From the NCBI RefSeq assembly GCF_032444005.1, contig NC_091283.1, forward strand, positions 842,208,001-842,272,000: DNA of 64,000 bases, read 5' to 3'. Source of the stretch: Ranitomeya imitator. Lineage: Eukaryota. Made by a program: the position numbers and the translations under genes. Below are positions 50,023-61,968 of this stretch, piece after piece. The notes below the pieces were generated by a model. It did no database searches, was not told where the DNA came from, and saw only the letters and a list, made by a program, of their open reading frames with translations. The first letter of the stretch is position 1. Every line of letters starts with the position of its first letter.

Positions 50023-53000
50023 TACTGCAGTGTGACTGACGGCTCTGCTCTCAGGTCCCGCTACAATGTGACTGACGGCTCCGCTCTCAGGTCCCGCTAC
50101 AATGTGACTGATGGCTCCGATCTCAGGTCCTGCTACAATGTGACTGACGGCTCCGCTCTCAGGTCCTGCTACAATGTGACTGACGGCTCCGCTCTCAGGT
50201 CCTGCTACAATGTGACTGACGGCTCCGCTCTCAGGTCCCGCTACAATGTGACTGACGGCTCCACTCTCAGGTCCAGATACAATGTGACTGATGGCTCCGA
50301 TCTCAGGTCCTGCTACAATGTGACTGACGGCTCCGCTCTCAGGTCCCGCTACAATGTGACTGACGGCTCCACTCTCAGGTCCAGATACAATGTGACTGAT
50401 GGCTCCGCTCTCAGGTCCTGCTACAATGTGACTGACGGCTCCGATCTCAGGTCCCGCTACAATGTGACTGACAGCTCCGCTCTCAGGTCCCGATACAATG
50501 TGACTGACGGCTCCGCTCTCAGGTCCCGATACAATGTGACTGATGGCTCCACTCTCAGGTCCTGCTACAATGTGACTGACGGCTCCACTCTCAGGTCCCG
50601 ATACAATATGACTGACGGCTCCACTCTCAGGTCCCGCTACAATGTGACTGACGGCTCCGATCTCAGGTCCTGCTACAATGTGACTGACGGCTCCGCTCTC
50701 AGGTCCTGCTACAATGTGACTGACGGCTCCGATCTCAGGTCCCGCTACAATGTGACTGACGGCTCCGCTCTCAGGTCCTGCTACAATGTGACTGACGGCT
50801 CCGCTCTCAGGTCCCGCTACAATGTGACTGACGGCTCCGCTCTCAGGTCCTGCTACAATGTGACTGACGGCTCCGATCTCAGGTCCCGCTACAATGTGAC
50901 TGACGGCTACGCTCTCAGGTCCTGTTACAATGTGACTGACGGCTCGACTCTCAGGTCCCGATACAATGTGACTGACAGCTCCGCTCTCAGGTCCTGCTAC
51001 AATGTGACTGACGGCTCCACTCTCAGGTCCCGCTACAATGTGACTGACGGCTCCACTCTCAGGTCCCGATACAATGTGACTGACGGCTCCACTCTCAGGT
51101 CCCGATACAATGTGACTGACGGCTCCGCTCTCAGGTCCTGCTACAATGTGACTGACGGCTCCGCTCTCAGGTCCTGCTACAATGTGACTGATAGCTCCGC
51201 TCTCAGGTCCCGCTACAATGTGACTGACGGCTCCGCTCTCAGGTCCCGCTACAATGTGACTGACGGCTCCGCACTCAGGTCCCGCTACAATGTGACTGAC
51301 GGCTCCGCTCTCAGGTCCTGCTACAATGTGACTGACGGCTCCGCTCTCAGGTCCCGATACAATGTGACTGACGGCTACGCTCTCAGGTCCTGCTACAATG
51401 TGACTGACGGCTCCGCTCTCAGGTCCCAATACAATGTGACTGACGGCTCCACTCTCAGGTCCCGCTACAATGTGACTGACGGCTCCACTCTCAGGTCCTG
51501 CTACAATGTGACTGACGGCTCCGCTCTCAAGTCCCAATACAATGTGACTGACGGCTCCACTCTCAGGTCCCGCTACAATGTGACTGACGGCTCCGATCTC
51601 AGATCCCGCTACAATGTGACTGACGGCTCCGCTCTCAGGTCCTGCTACAATGTGACTGATAGCTCCGCTCTCAGGTCCCGCTACAGTGTGACTGACAGCT
51701 CCACTCTCAGGTCCCGCTACAATGTGACTGACGGCTCCGCACTCAGGTCCCGCTACAATGTGACTGACGGCTCCGCTCTCAGGTCCTGCTACAATGTGAC
51801 TGATGGCTCCGCTCTCAGGTCCCGCTACAGTGTGACTGACGGCTCCGCTCTCAGGTCCCGCTACAATGTGACTGACGGCTCCGCACTCAGGTCCCGCTAC
51901 AATGTGACTGACGGCTCCACTCTCAGGTCCCGCTACAATGTGACTGACGGCTCCGCTCTCAGGTCCTGCTACAATGTGACTGACGGCTCCGCTCTCAGGT
52001 CCTGCTACAATGTGACTGACGGCTCCGCTCTCAGGTCCCAATACAATGTGACTGACGGCTCCACTCTCAGGTCCCGCTACAATGTGACTGACGGCTCCAC
52101 TCTCAGGTCCTGCTACAATGTGACTGACGGCTCCGCTCTCAAGTCCCAATACAATGTGACTGACGGCTCCACTCTCAGGTCCCGCTACAATGTGACTGAC
52201 GGCTCCGATCTCAGATCCCGCTACAATGTGACTGACGGCTCCGCTCTCAGGTCCTGCTACAATGTGACTGATAGCTCCGCTCTCAGGTCCCGCTACAGTG
52301 TGACTGACAGCTCCACTCTCAGGTCCCGCTACAATGTGACTGACGGCTCCGCACTCAGGTCCCGCTACAATGTGACTGACGGCTCCGCTCTCAGGTCCTG
52401 CTACAATGTGACTGATGGCTCCGCTCTCAGGTCCCGCTACAGTGTGACTGACGGCTCCGCTCTCAGGTCCCGATACAATGTGACTGACAGCTCCGCTCTC
52501 AGGTCCTGCTACAATGTGACTGACGGCTCCACTCTCAGGTCCCGCTACAATGTGACTGACGGCTCCACTCTCAGGTCCCGATACAATGTGACTGACGGCT
52601 CCACTCTCAGGTCCCGATACAATGTGACTGACGGCTCCGCTCTCAGGTCCTGCTACAATGTGACTGACGGCTCCACTCTCAGGTCCTGCTACAATGTGAC
52701 TGACGGCTCCACTCTCAGGTCCCGCTACAATGTGACTGACGGCTCCGCTCTCAGGTCCTGCTACAATGTGACTGACGGCTCCGCTCTCAGGTCCCGATAC
52801 AATGTGACTGACGGCTACGCTCTCAGGTCCTGCTACAATGTGACTGACGGCTCCGCTCTCAGGTCCCAATACAATGTGACTGACGGCTCCACTCTCAGGT
52901 CCCGCTACAATGTGACTGACGGCTCCACTCTCAGGTCCTGCTACAATGTGACTGACGGCTCCGCTCTCAAGTCCCAATACAATGTGACTGACGGCTCCAC

Positions 53001-54101
53001 TCTCAGGTCCCGCTACAATGTGACTGACGGCTCCGATCTCAGATCCCGCTACAATGTGACTGACGGCTCCGCTCTCAGGTCCTGCTACAATGTGACTGAT
53101 AGCTCCGCTCTCAGGTCCCGCTACAGTGTGACTGACAGCTCCACTCTCAGGTCCCGCTACAATGTGACTGACGGCTCCGCACTCAGGTCCCGCTATAATG
53201 TGACTGACGGCTCCGCTCTCAGGTCCTGCTACAATGTGACTGATGGCTCCGCTCTCAGGTCCCGCTACAGTGTGACTGACGGCTCCGCTCTCAGGTCCTG
53301 CTACAATGTGACTGACGGCTCCACTCTCAGGTCCTGCTACAATGTGACTGACGGCTCCACTCTCAGGTCCCGCTACAATGTGACTGACGGCTCCGCTCTC
53401 AGGTCCTGCTACAATGTGACTGACGGCTCCGCTCTCAGGTCCCGATACAATGTGACTGACGGCTACGCTCTCAGGTCCTGCTACAATGTGACTGACGGCT
53501 CCGCTCTCAGGTCCCAATACAATGTGACTGACGGCTCCACTCTCAGGTCCCGCTACAATGTGACTGACGGCTCCACTCTCAGGTCCTGCTACAATGTGAC
53601 TGACGGCTCCGCTCTCAAGTCCCAATACAATGTGACTGACGGCTCCACTCTCAGGTCCCGCTACAATGTGACTGACGGCTCCGATCTCAGATCCCGCTAC
53701 AATGTGACTGACGGCTCCGCTCTCAGGTCCCGCTACAATGTGACTGACGGCTCCGATCTCAGATCCCGCTACAATGTGACTGACGGCTCCGCTCTCAGGT
53801 CCTGCTACAATGTGACTGATAGCTCCGCTCTCAGGTCCCGCTACAGTGTGACTGACAGCTCCACTCTCAGGTCCCGCTACAATGTGACTGACGGCTCCGC
53901 ACTCAGGTCCCGCTACAATGTGACTGACGGCTCCGCTCTCAGGTCCTGCTACAATGTGACTGATGGCTCCGCTCTCAGGTCCCGCTACAGTGTGACTGAC
54001 GGCTCCGCTCTCAGGTCCCGCTACAATGTGACTGACGGCTCCGCACTCAGGTCCCGCTACAATGTGACTGACGGCTCCGCTCTCAGGTCCCGCTACAGTG
54101 C
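50023..54101. repeat. 36-bp satellite tacaatgtgactgacggctccgctctcaggtcccgc (~113 copies) with higher-order structure
   Basis: Direct periodicity; 12-aa repeat ORFs on both strands. Confidence 0.97.
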
Positions 54102-54151
54102 GACTAAAGCTATACCTATTTTCATTTACGGTATAAAACGAACTGATGTTA

Positions 54152-54450
54152 GGCTACGTTCACATTAGCGTTGTGCAGTGTTGCGTCGGGGGCAGCCGCG
54201 GCGACGCATGCGTCATGCGCCCCTATATTTAACATGGGGGGGCGCATGGACATGCGTTGTCTTGCGTTTTGTGACGCATACGTCATTTTGGCGCAAGCGT
54301 CAGGGCGCAGAGGACGCTGCATGATGCAGTTTTTTCTGCGCCAAAAATCATGCAAAAATGAACGCATGCGTCACAAAAAGCTGCGTTTTTGCATGCGTTG
54401 TGCGTTGCGTCGCCGACGCAGTACCGCACAACGCAAATGTGAACTTAGCC
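54152..54450. mobile_element. PIF/Harbinger-type MITE (family of 17774-18087)
   Basis: TIR ggctacgttcaca...tgtgaacttagcc; TTA TSD at 54149-54151 and 54451-54453. Confidence 0.85.
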
Positions 54451-55132
54451 TTACATGTTAATAACGTCGTGTTGATGTCTGATGTTTGCTGAGCAGCAGA
54501 TCAGTGCATGTGATGGCACATCCGGGGCTTTTCCTGACATTATGCACGGATCTTTGTAATGGAGAAATATTTTGCGGCTATAGATCGCCCTCTTGTGGTC
54601 ATGTTCTGTAGTTACTGCCCAGAGTGGAGATTGTTTAGTCGCCGGATGTTTCTCTGGAACAATGAGCGCCATTCTCTCCTCGCCAACCATATTTGTCAGC
54701 AGGACATAACAAAGCTGCTCGTAGTGTCCTGTATATAATATACGTCCTTCCTTTACATTTTCTTTTAAATCCACTTCTGGCTTTAATGCAAAATATAGCT
54801 GGACAAAAAGGAGGCTTTTTACTGAAAAACTCAGCGCTGGGTTGGTTTGGTGCAGATTCAATTTTCATTCTCTCTTTCCCTACAGCTTGTGCCAAAGTCT
54901 GACCTGCAATCAGCAATGGGGAACATCTGGCCGGCTGTTAATCCACTGCTCCGTGTACAATATTTCCCAGTCAATAATGGTGGCGACACTGGTCATCTGC
55001 GCAGGGATCAGAAAGTTGAGTGTTTGGACGTGTTAGCTGAATACAGGCTTTGTAATAATAATAATTATAATATAATTTTTTATTTCTATAGCGCCAACAT
55101 ATTCCACAGCAACATAAGGGTTTTCATATAAA

Positions 55133-55205
55133 GCTGTATGATCCGTCATCAACCAGTATCTGTATATGTACATGTATGATCCGTCATCAGCCAGGATCTG
55201 CATAT
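55133..55205. repeat. 39-bp satellite, left remnant (about two units)
   Basis: tgatccgtcatcagccaggatctg units; continues after the L2 at ~57952. Confidence 0.7.
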
Positions 55206-57954
55206 TATTATTATTATTTATTGTTATAGCGCCATTTATTCCATGGCGCTTTACATGTGAGGAGGGGTATAAATAATAAAAACAAGTACAATAATCTTAA
55301 ACAAGTCATAACTGGTACAGGAGGAGAGAGGACCCTGCCCGCGAGGGCTCACAATCTACAAGGGATGGGTGAGGATACAGGAGGAGAGGACCCTGCCCGC
55401 GAGGGCTCACAATCTACAAGGGATGGGTGAGGATACAGGAGGAGAGAGGACCCTGCCCGCGAGGGCTCACAATCTACAAGGGATGGGTGAGAATACAGGA
55501 GGAGAGAGGACCCTGCCCGCGAGGGCTCACAATCTACAAGGGATGGGTGAGGATACAGGAGGAGAGAGGACCCTGCCCGCGAGGGCTCACAATCTACAAG
55601 GGATGGGTGAGAATACAGGAGGAGAGAGGACCCTGCCCGCGAGGGCTCACAATCTACAAGGGATGGGTGAGAATACAGGAGGAGAGAGGACCCTGCCCGC
55701 GAGGGCTCACAATCTACAAGGGATGGGTGAGAATACAGGAGGAGAGAGGACCCTGCCCGCGAAAGCTCACAATCTACAAGGGATGTGTGAGGATACAGGA
55801 GGAGAGAGGACCCTGCCCGCGAGGGCTCACAGTCTACAAGGGATGGGTGAGGATACAGGAGGAGAGAGGACCCTGCCCGCGAGGGCTCACAGTCTACAAG
55901 GGATGGGTGAGGATACAGGAGGAGAGAGGACCCTGCCCGCGAGGGCTCACAATCTACAAGGGATGGGTGAGGATACAGGAGGAGAGAGGACCCTGCCCGC
56001 GAGGGCTCACAATCTACAAGGGATGGGTGAGGATACAGGAGGAGAGAGGACCCTGCCCACGAGGGCTCACAATCTACAAGGGATGGGTGAGGATACAGGA
56101 GGAGAGAGGACCCTGCCCACGAGGGCTCACAATCTACAAGGGATGGGTGAGGATACAGGAGGAGAGAGGACCCTGCCCGCGAAGGCTCACAATCTACAAG
56201 GGATGGGTGAGGATACAGGAGGAGCGAGGACCCTGCCCGCGAGGGCTCACAATCTACAAGGGATGGGTGAGGATACAGGAGGAGAGAGGACCCTGCCCGC
56301 GAAGGATCACAATTTACAAGGGATGGGTGAGGATACAGGAGGAGAGGACCCTGCCCGCGAGGGCTCACAATCTACAAGGGATGGGTGAGGATACAGGAGG
56401 AGAGAGGACCCTGCCCGCGAAGGCTCACAGTCTACAAGGGATGGGTGAGAATACAGGAGGAGAGAGGACCCTGCCCGCGAGGGCTCACAATCTACAAGGG
56501 ATGGGTGAGGATACAGGAGGAGAGAGGACCCTGCCCACGAGGGCTCACAATCTACAAGGGATGGGTGAGGATACAGGAGGAGAGAGGACCCTGCCCGCGA
56601 AAGCTCACAATCTACAAGGGATGGGTGAGGATACAGGAGGAGAGAGGACCCTGCCCGCGAGGGCTCACAATCTACAAGGGATGGGTGAGGATACAGTAGG
56701 TGAGGATAGAGCAGTGGTTTGGTCGATCGGTGGTTACTGCAGGTTGTAGGCTTGTCGGAAGAGGTGGGTCTTCAGGTTCTTTTTGAAGGTTTTGATGGTA
56801 GGCGAGAGTCTGATGTGTTGTGGTAGAGGGTTCCAGAGTAGGGGTGATACGCGAGAGAAATCTTGTATGCGATTGTGGGAAGAGGAGATAAGAGGGGAGT
56901 AGAGAAGGAGATCTTGTGAGGATCGGAGGTTGCGGGTAGGTAAGTACCGGGAGACGAGGTCACAGATGTATGGAGGAGACAGGTTGTGGATGGCTTTGTA
57001 CGTCATGGTTAGGCTTTTCTACTGGAGTCTCTGGGTGATGGGGAGCCAGTGAAGGGATTGACAGAGGGGAGAGGCCGGGGAATAGCGGGGGGACAGGTGG
57101 ATTAGTCGGGCAGCTGAGTTTAGAATAGATTGGAGGGGTGCGAGAGTGTTCGAGGGGAGACCACAGAGCAGGAGGTTGCAGTAGTCAAGGCGAGAGATGA
57201 TGAGGGCATGGACTAGGGTTTTTGCAGATTCTTGGTTGAGGAATGAACGGATTCGTGAAATATTTTTGAGTTGAAGGCGGCAGGAAGTGGAAAGGGCTTG
57301 GATATGTGGTTTGAAGGAGAGATCAGCGTCAAGGATTACCCCGAGGCAGCGAGCTTGTGGGACTGGGGAGAGTGGGCAGCCATTTACTGTAATGGACAGG
57401 TTCGTTGGGGGGGGTCGCGTGAGATGGGGGAAAGATGATGAATTTTGTTTTGTCCATGTTAAGTTTGAGAAATCTAGCGGAGAAGAAGGATGAAATAGTG
57501 GACAGACATTGAGGGATTCTGGTCAGTAGGGAGGTGATATCTGGTCCAGAGATGTAGATCTGTGTGTCGTCAGCATAGAGATGATACTGAAAACTGTGAG
57601 ATTCTATGAGCTGTCCCAGGCCAAAGGTGTAAATGGAGAAGAGCAGGGGCCCTAGGACTGAACCTTGTGGGACTCCCGACAGATAGGGGGCGAGGTGAGG
57701 AGGTGGTGTGTGAGTGGGAGACGCTGAATGTCCGGTCTGTTAGGTATGACGAGATCCAGGATAGGGCCAAGTCTGTGATGCCAAGAGATGAGAGGATCTG
57801 TAGTAATAGGGAATGGTCCACTGAGTCAAAGGCAGCCGACAGGTCCAGGAGGAGGAGGACAGATTAGTGTCGCTTGCTCTTGGCAGTTAAGAGGTCATTG
57901 GTGACCTTAGTGAGGGCAGTTTCAGTAGAATGGTGTGACCGGAAGCCAGATTGT
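55206..57954 (-). mobile_element. 5'-truncated L2 LINE
   Basis: RT fragments SGFRSHHSTETALTKVTNDLL and [33 protein letters not shown]; 3' UTR and (TAA)n tail at ~55206-55260. Confidence 0.9.
55319..56697. repeat. 60-bp tandem array (~23 copies) derived from the L2 3' region
   Basis: gaggagagaggaccctgcccgcgagggctcacaatctacaagggatgggtgaggatacag; L2 sequence continues on both sides. Confidence 0.95.
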
Positions 57955-57962
57955 ACATGTAA

Positions 57963-58233
57963 GGCTACGTTCACATTTGCGCCTTTGGGCGCAGTGTCGT
58001 CGACGCATACCGACGCATGCGTCATGTGCCGGTATGCGTTGTACTGCGTTTTACGACGCATATGTCATATAAACGCAGAGACAGGGCGCAGAGGACGCTA
58101 CTTGTAGCGTTTTTCCTGCTCTGAAATTCTTGCTCTGTGCTTTATGACAACGCATGCGTTGCAAAATGCAGTGTTGTGCACATGCGTTGTTGGTTGCGTC
58201 GCTGCGCCCAACAACGCAAATGTGAACGTAGCC
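57963..58233. mobile_element. PIF/Harbinger-type MITE (same family), in the first 39-bp unit beside the L2
   Basis: TIR ggctacgttcacattt...aaatgtgaacgtagcc; flanks taa / tta. Confidence 0.8.
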
Positions 58234-58236
58234 TTA

Positions 58237-58865
58237 GATCCGTTCATCGGCCATTATCTGTATATGTACATGTCTGATCCGGTCATCAGCCAGGATCTGT
58301 ATATGTACATGTCTGATCCGGTCATCAGCCTGGATCTGTATATGTACATGTATGATCCGTCATCAGCCAGGATCTGTATATGTACATGTATGATCTGGTC
58401 ATCAGCCTGGATCTGTATATGTACATGTATGATCCGGTCATCAGCCAGGATCTGTATATGTACATGTATGATCCGGTCATCAGCCAGGATCTGTATATGT
58501 ACATGTATGATCCGGTCATCAGCCAGGATCTGTATATGTATATGTATGATCCGGTCATCAGCCAGGATCTGTATATGTACATGTATGATCTTTGGACCCG
58601 TTGAAGTGCTGAGGCACGAAACGATCGTTGTCTGCTTTTTTCACATCCCTCCCTGCACTTTTTGTACCATGTCCGAATAAAGTATTGTGACCAGCATATA
58701 CGGGTAAGTGCACTTCATTTTTTTTCTTTTGTTGGACTGACATGTATGATCTGGTCATCAGCCAGGATCTGTATATGTACATGTATGATCCGGTCATCAG
58801 CCAGGATCTGTATATGTACATGTATGATCCGGTCATCAGCCGATATATGTACATGTCTGATCCGG
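58237..58865. repeat. 39-bp satellite gatccggtcatcagccaggatctgtatatgtacatgtat, right part
   Basis: Direct periodicity, interrupted by a 149-bp insertion. Confidence 0.92.
58592..58740 (+). mobile_element. 149-bp insertion resembling a Penelope pseudo-LTR fragment with a hammerhead-like fold
   Basis: 12-bp TSD catgtatgatct (58580-58591, 58741-58752); hammerhead-like 58594-58633; AATAAA 58677-58682. Confidence 0.65.
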
Positions 58866-59832
58866 TCACATCAGGAGTTGTTTCACCAAGGATAGTGTGA
58901 ATGGGATCCTTTGCCAAAATACAGAACCAGTACATCGTTTCCAAAGGAATATTTGCGTCATCACATGTAAGACCAGAACAAGCAAGAATGACTAGACATC
59001 AAAACAGAGAAGGAAACAAGACATACAGTATTAGAACACACAAACAGCCACGTAAAGATTAAAACCAAAGACTATTCACTATAAAAAGGAACTAAAGCTC
59101 AATTGCTCGATCAAGCCTGCTGGGGGAATAGTATTCGATACAGTGATCCAGCGGCATTCTCTCTGTGCCAATTTACGTTTCATGTCCCCCCATCCCCCCT
59201 CTAATGCCAGCACGAATTTTATCAATACCCCAGATCCTTAGATCTTTTGGATTGCACTTATGGTGCAATCTAAAGTGTTTGGGGATAGGGTTTAGACTAT
59301 CCACATCCTCCACCATCATGTGCCGCCACAATGTCTCTTGTATAGTCACGTGCACGTACACATAGCTCTCAAGATGTTAAACCAATATAAATCAGATTGC
59401 AAGATCAAATCGCATAGTAGACCACATAGGTCGCGCAACAGGTGATATATTCTGATTTGAAATTCTTTCTTACCATCTGATGACGTGAAGGATGTGGCCC
59501 TGACTAAATTCTTGCAGGCAAGGCAGTTACCACATGGGAAAAACCCATTTTTTGTCTTCCCGCTTTAAACGGGTCTGAGGTTTTAACAATATAGTGACTG
59601 TGCGCTAAAATATCTCTGATGTTACTACTTCATCGTGCTGTCATCAAAGGCACCTGTGTAACGTTGGGTCAGTTTTAAGAATTGATGTTTCTCATCAAAT
59701 CCCACCTATGGTTAAATGTAGAGATAAATCTCGGTTGACCATCCCATGTTTTTCCCGCCACAAGAAGTTCATTCCTACAAGTCTTTTTTGCCCTCACATA
59801 CCCCTGCTTAATAGAACGCCTACTATAACCTA

Positions 59833-60681
59833 TGTAAGCTTGTAGTAGCATCGTACGCAGTGAAGAGGCAGTGACCCACAAAGTTCAAACACAAAAGTCT
59901 CTTTTAATGTGTTTCCTCGCAGCATTAAAGTCCAATTCACACAAATCCATAAAACTTCAGTGTATTTTATCAGTGTTCAGTTCACACCAGTTCATAGCAA
60001 TACAAATCATATGGCTTTAGATTGCGGTCCATAAACAGGCCAGTCTTCTCTTGTCCAGTTTCCCTGGGAGACCGCACGCCATATTACAGTCTCCATACAC
60101 ACAGCCTCATATGTTGCAGACACTACACACGCCAGCCTTCCTCTGACTAGTTCCCGTGGTGTCCGGCGTCACTGTATCACAGTCTCTTTACTCACACAGT
60201 CATACACAGTCCAGGATATCCTTCGGATAGCAGCCGGGCACCATATCCACCTGTTTGCAATCGTTACACATGCTAGTCCTCTTTCGGGCCCAGGACATCC
60301 ACCTCCGGGCACAGGACTGTCCATATCCGAGACCAGTACCATGGACGACTTGCATCACTGTATACGCTGCGGGTGCCAGGCTATACAGCTGCCCTGGGTG
60401 CTGGCTCCGCTGGCCTGTGCCTCCATGCACTCAGCCAGTGGTCTGCAGGCCTCTGCTCTGCACACCAGACTGACACTGACGTGCACTTTGCACACCTGAT
60501 ACCCATACCTCTAACTGCAGGGCTTTTAAACACACACAAACCTGTGGCCTTCAGCCACTTGGAAAACCCGGATCAGAAATCCGTGACTCCCATGCACGCC
60601 TATGGACTTCCTCCGTTTGCATGCACATTCTGGCGAGCACAAACAGCGTCTAATAGCTGTAACAGAGGCCACAGCCTCACA
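59833..60681. mobile_element. Solo LTR related to the Gmr1-like LTRs, inserted in the Penelope-like ORF
   Basis: Shares gaggcagtgaccca...aagttcaaa, ccagactgacactgac and the cctcaca terminus with 45484/48729; the PLE frame breaks at RG|YSR around it; TSD degraded. Confidence 0.65.
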
Positions 60682-61114
60682 CCACGTTGACTAAAACGTT
60701 CCCCAAGGTCCACAGCTTGCTCCTCAAATAATAAGTCAGAGGTACAGATCCTTCTGGCACGAAGGAACTGTCCAGTGGGGATAGCTCTTATCGTGGATGT
60801 GAGGATGAGGCGTGCAATTACGTACTCACAAGACGTTTCCTTATGGTACATGTCCATATAGATGAATCCAATCTCCTGTACCTTAAGTGTAATATCCAGG
60901 AAGGAGATTTCTTTGTGATGTTAAATATGTGAGCCTGATATTGGAGTCATTGCGATTCAACCCTGTCTTAAATGTCTGTAATTCCTGGACAGGGCCCTGC
61001 CAGATGAATAGGACATCATCGATGTACCTATACCATCCTAGGATTTGGGGGGCGGCATGTGCGCCATCAAGAAAAATCCCCCTCTCCCAAAAATAAATTA
61101 GCATAGGACGGCAC

Positions 61115-61968
61115 ACATAGTTACATAGTTATTAAGGTTGAAGGAAGACTATAAATCCATCTAGTTCACCCCATAGCCTAACCTAACATGCCCTAACATG
61201 TTGATCCAGAGGAAGGCAGAAAAAACCATGTGCAAAGAGTAAGCTCCACATTGGGGAAAAAAATTCCTTCCCGACTCCACATACGGCAATCAGACTAGTT
61301 CCCTGGATCAACGCCCTATCAAGGAATCTAGTATATATAACCTGTAACATTATACTTTTCTAGAAAGGTATCCAGTCCCCTCTTAAATTTTAGTAACGAA
61401 TCACTCATTACAACATCATACGGCAGAGAGTTCCATAGTCTCACTGCTCTTACAGTAAAGAATCCGCGTCTGTTATTAGGCTTAAACCTTTTTTCCTCCA
61501 GACGTAGAGGATGCCCCCTTGTCCCTCTCTCAGGTCTATGATTAAAAAGATCATCAGAAAGGTCTTTGTACTGTCCCTTCATATATTTATACATTAAAAT
61601 AAGATCACCCCTTAGTCTTCGTTTTTCCAAACTAAATAGCCCCAAGTGTAATAACCTATATGGTATTGCAGACCCCCCAGTCCTCTAATAACCTTGGTCG
61701 CTCTTCTCTGCACCCGCTCTAGTTCAGCTATGTCTTTCTTATACACCGGAGACCAGAACTGTGCACAGTATTCTAAGTGTGGTCGAACTAGTGACTTGTA
61801 TAGAGGTAAAATTATGTTCTCCTCATGAGCATCTATGCCTCTTTTAATGCATCCCATTATTTTATTTGCCTTTGTAGCAGCTGCCTGACACTGGCCACTG
61901 AATATGAGTTTGTCATCCACCCATACACCCAGGTCTTTTTCATTGACGGTTTTGCCCAGAGTTTTAGA
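61115..61968 (-). mobile_element. 5'-truncated CR1 LINE nested in the Penelope-like RT
   Basis: EKDLGVWVD...[19 protein letters not shown]...[10 protein letters not shown] and [12 protein letters not shown]...TRGH...AVRLWNSLP; (ctatgtaa)n tail; splits PLE AMGAAC|..SYANLF. Confidence 0.92.

Noticed and set aside
49996-54168. 1209 and 1387 aa repeat ORFs
   Set aside because: Translation of the 36-bp satellite; open on both strands, with no unique protein sequence
55349-56749. 339-440 aa repeat ORFs
   Set aside because: Translation of the 60-bp L2-derived array
58925-58970. Minus-strand gtgatga...caaa/tttg...gaaac-gat-gta hammerhead-like string near the PLE 3' end
   Set aside because: First core base is wrong and no stem I pairing can be found; too weak to call
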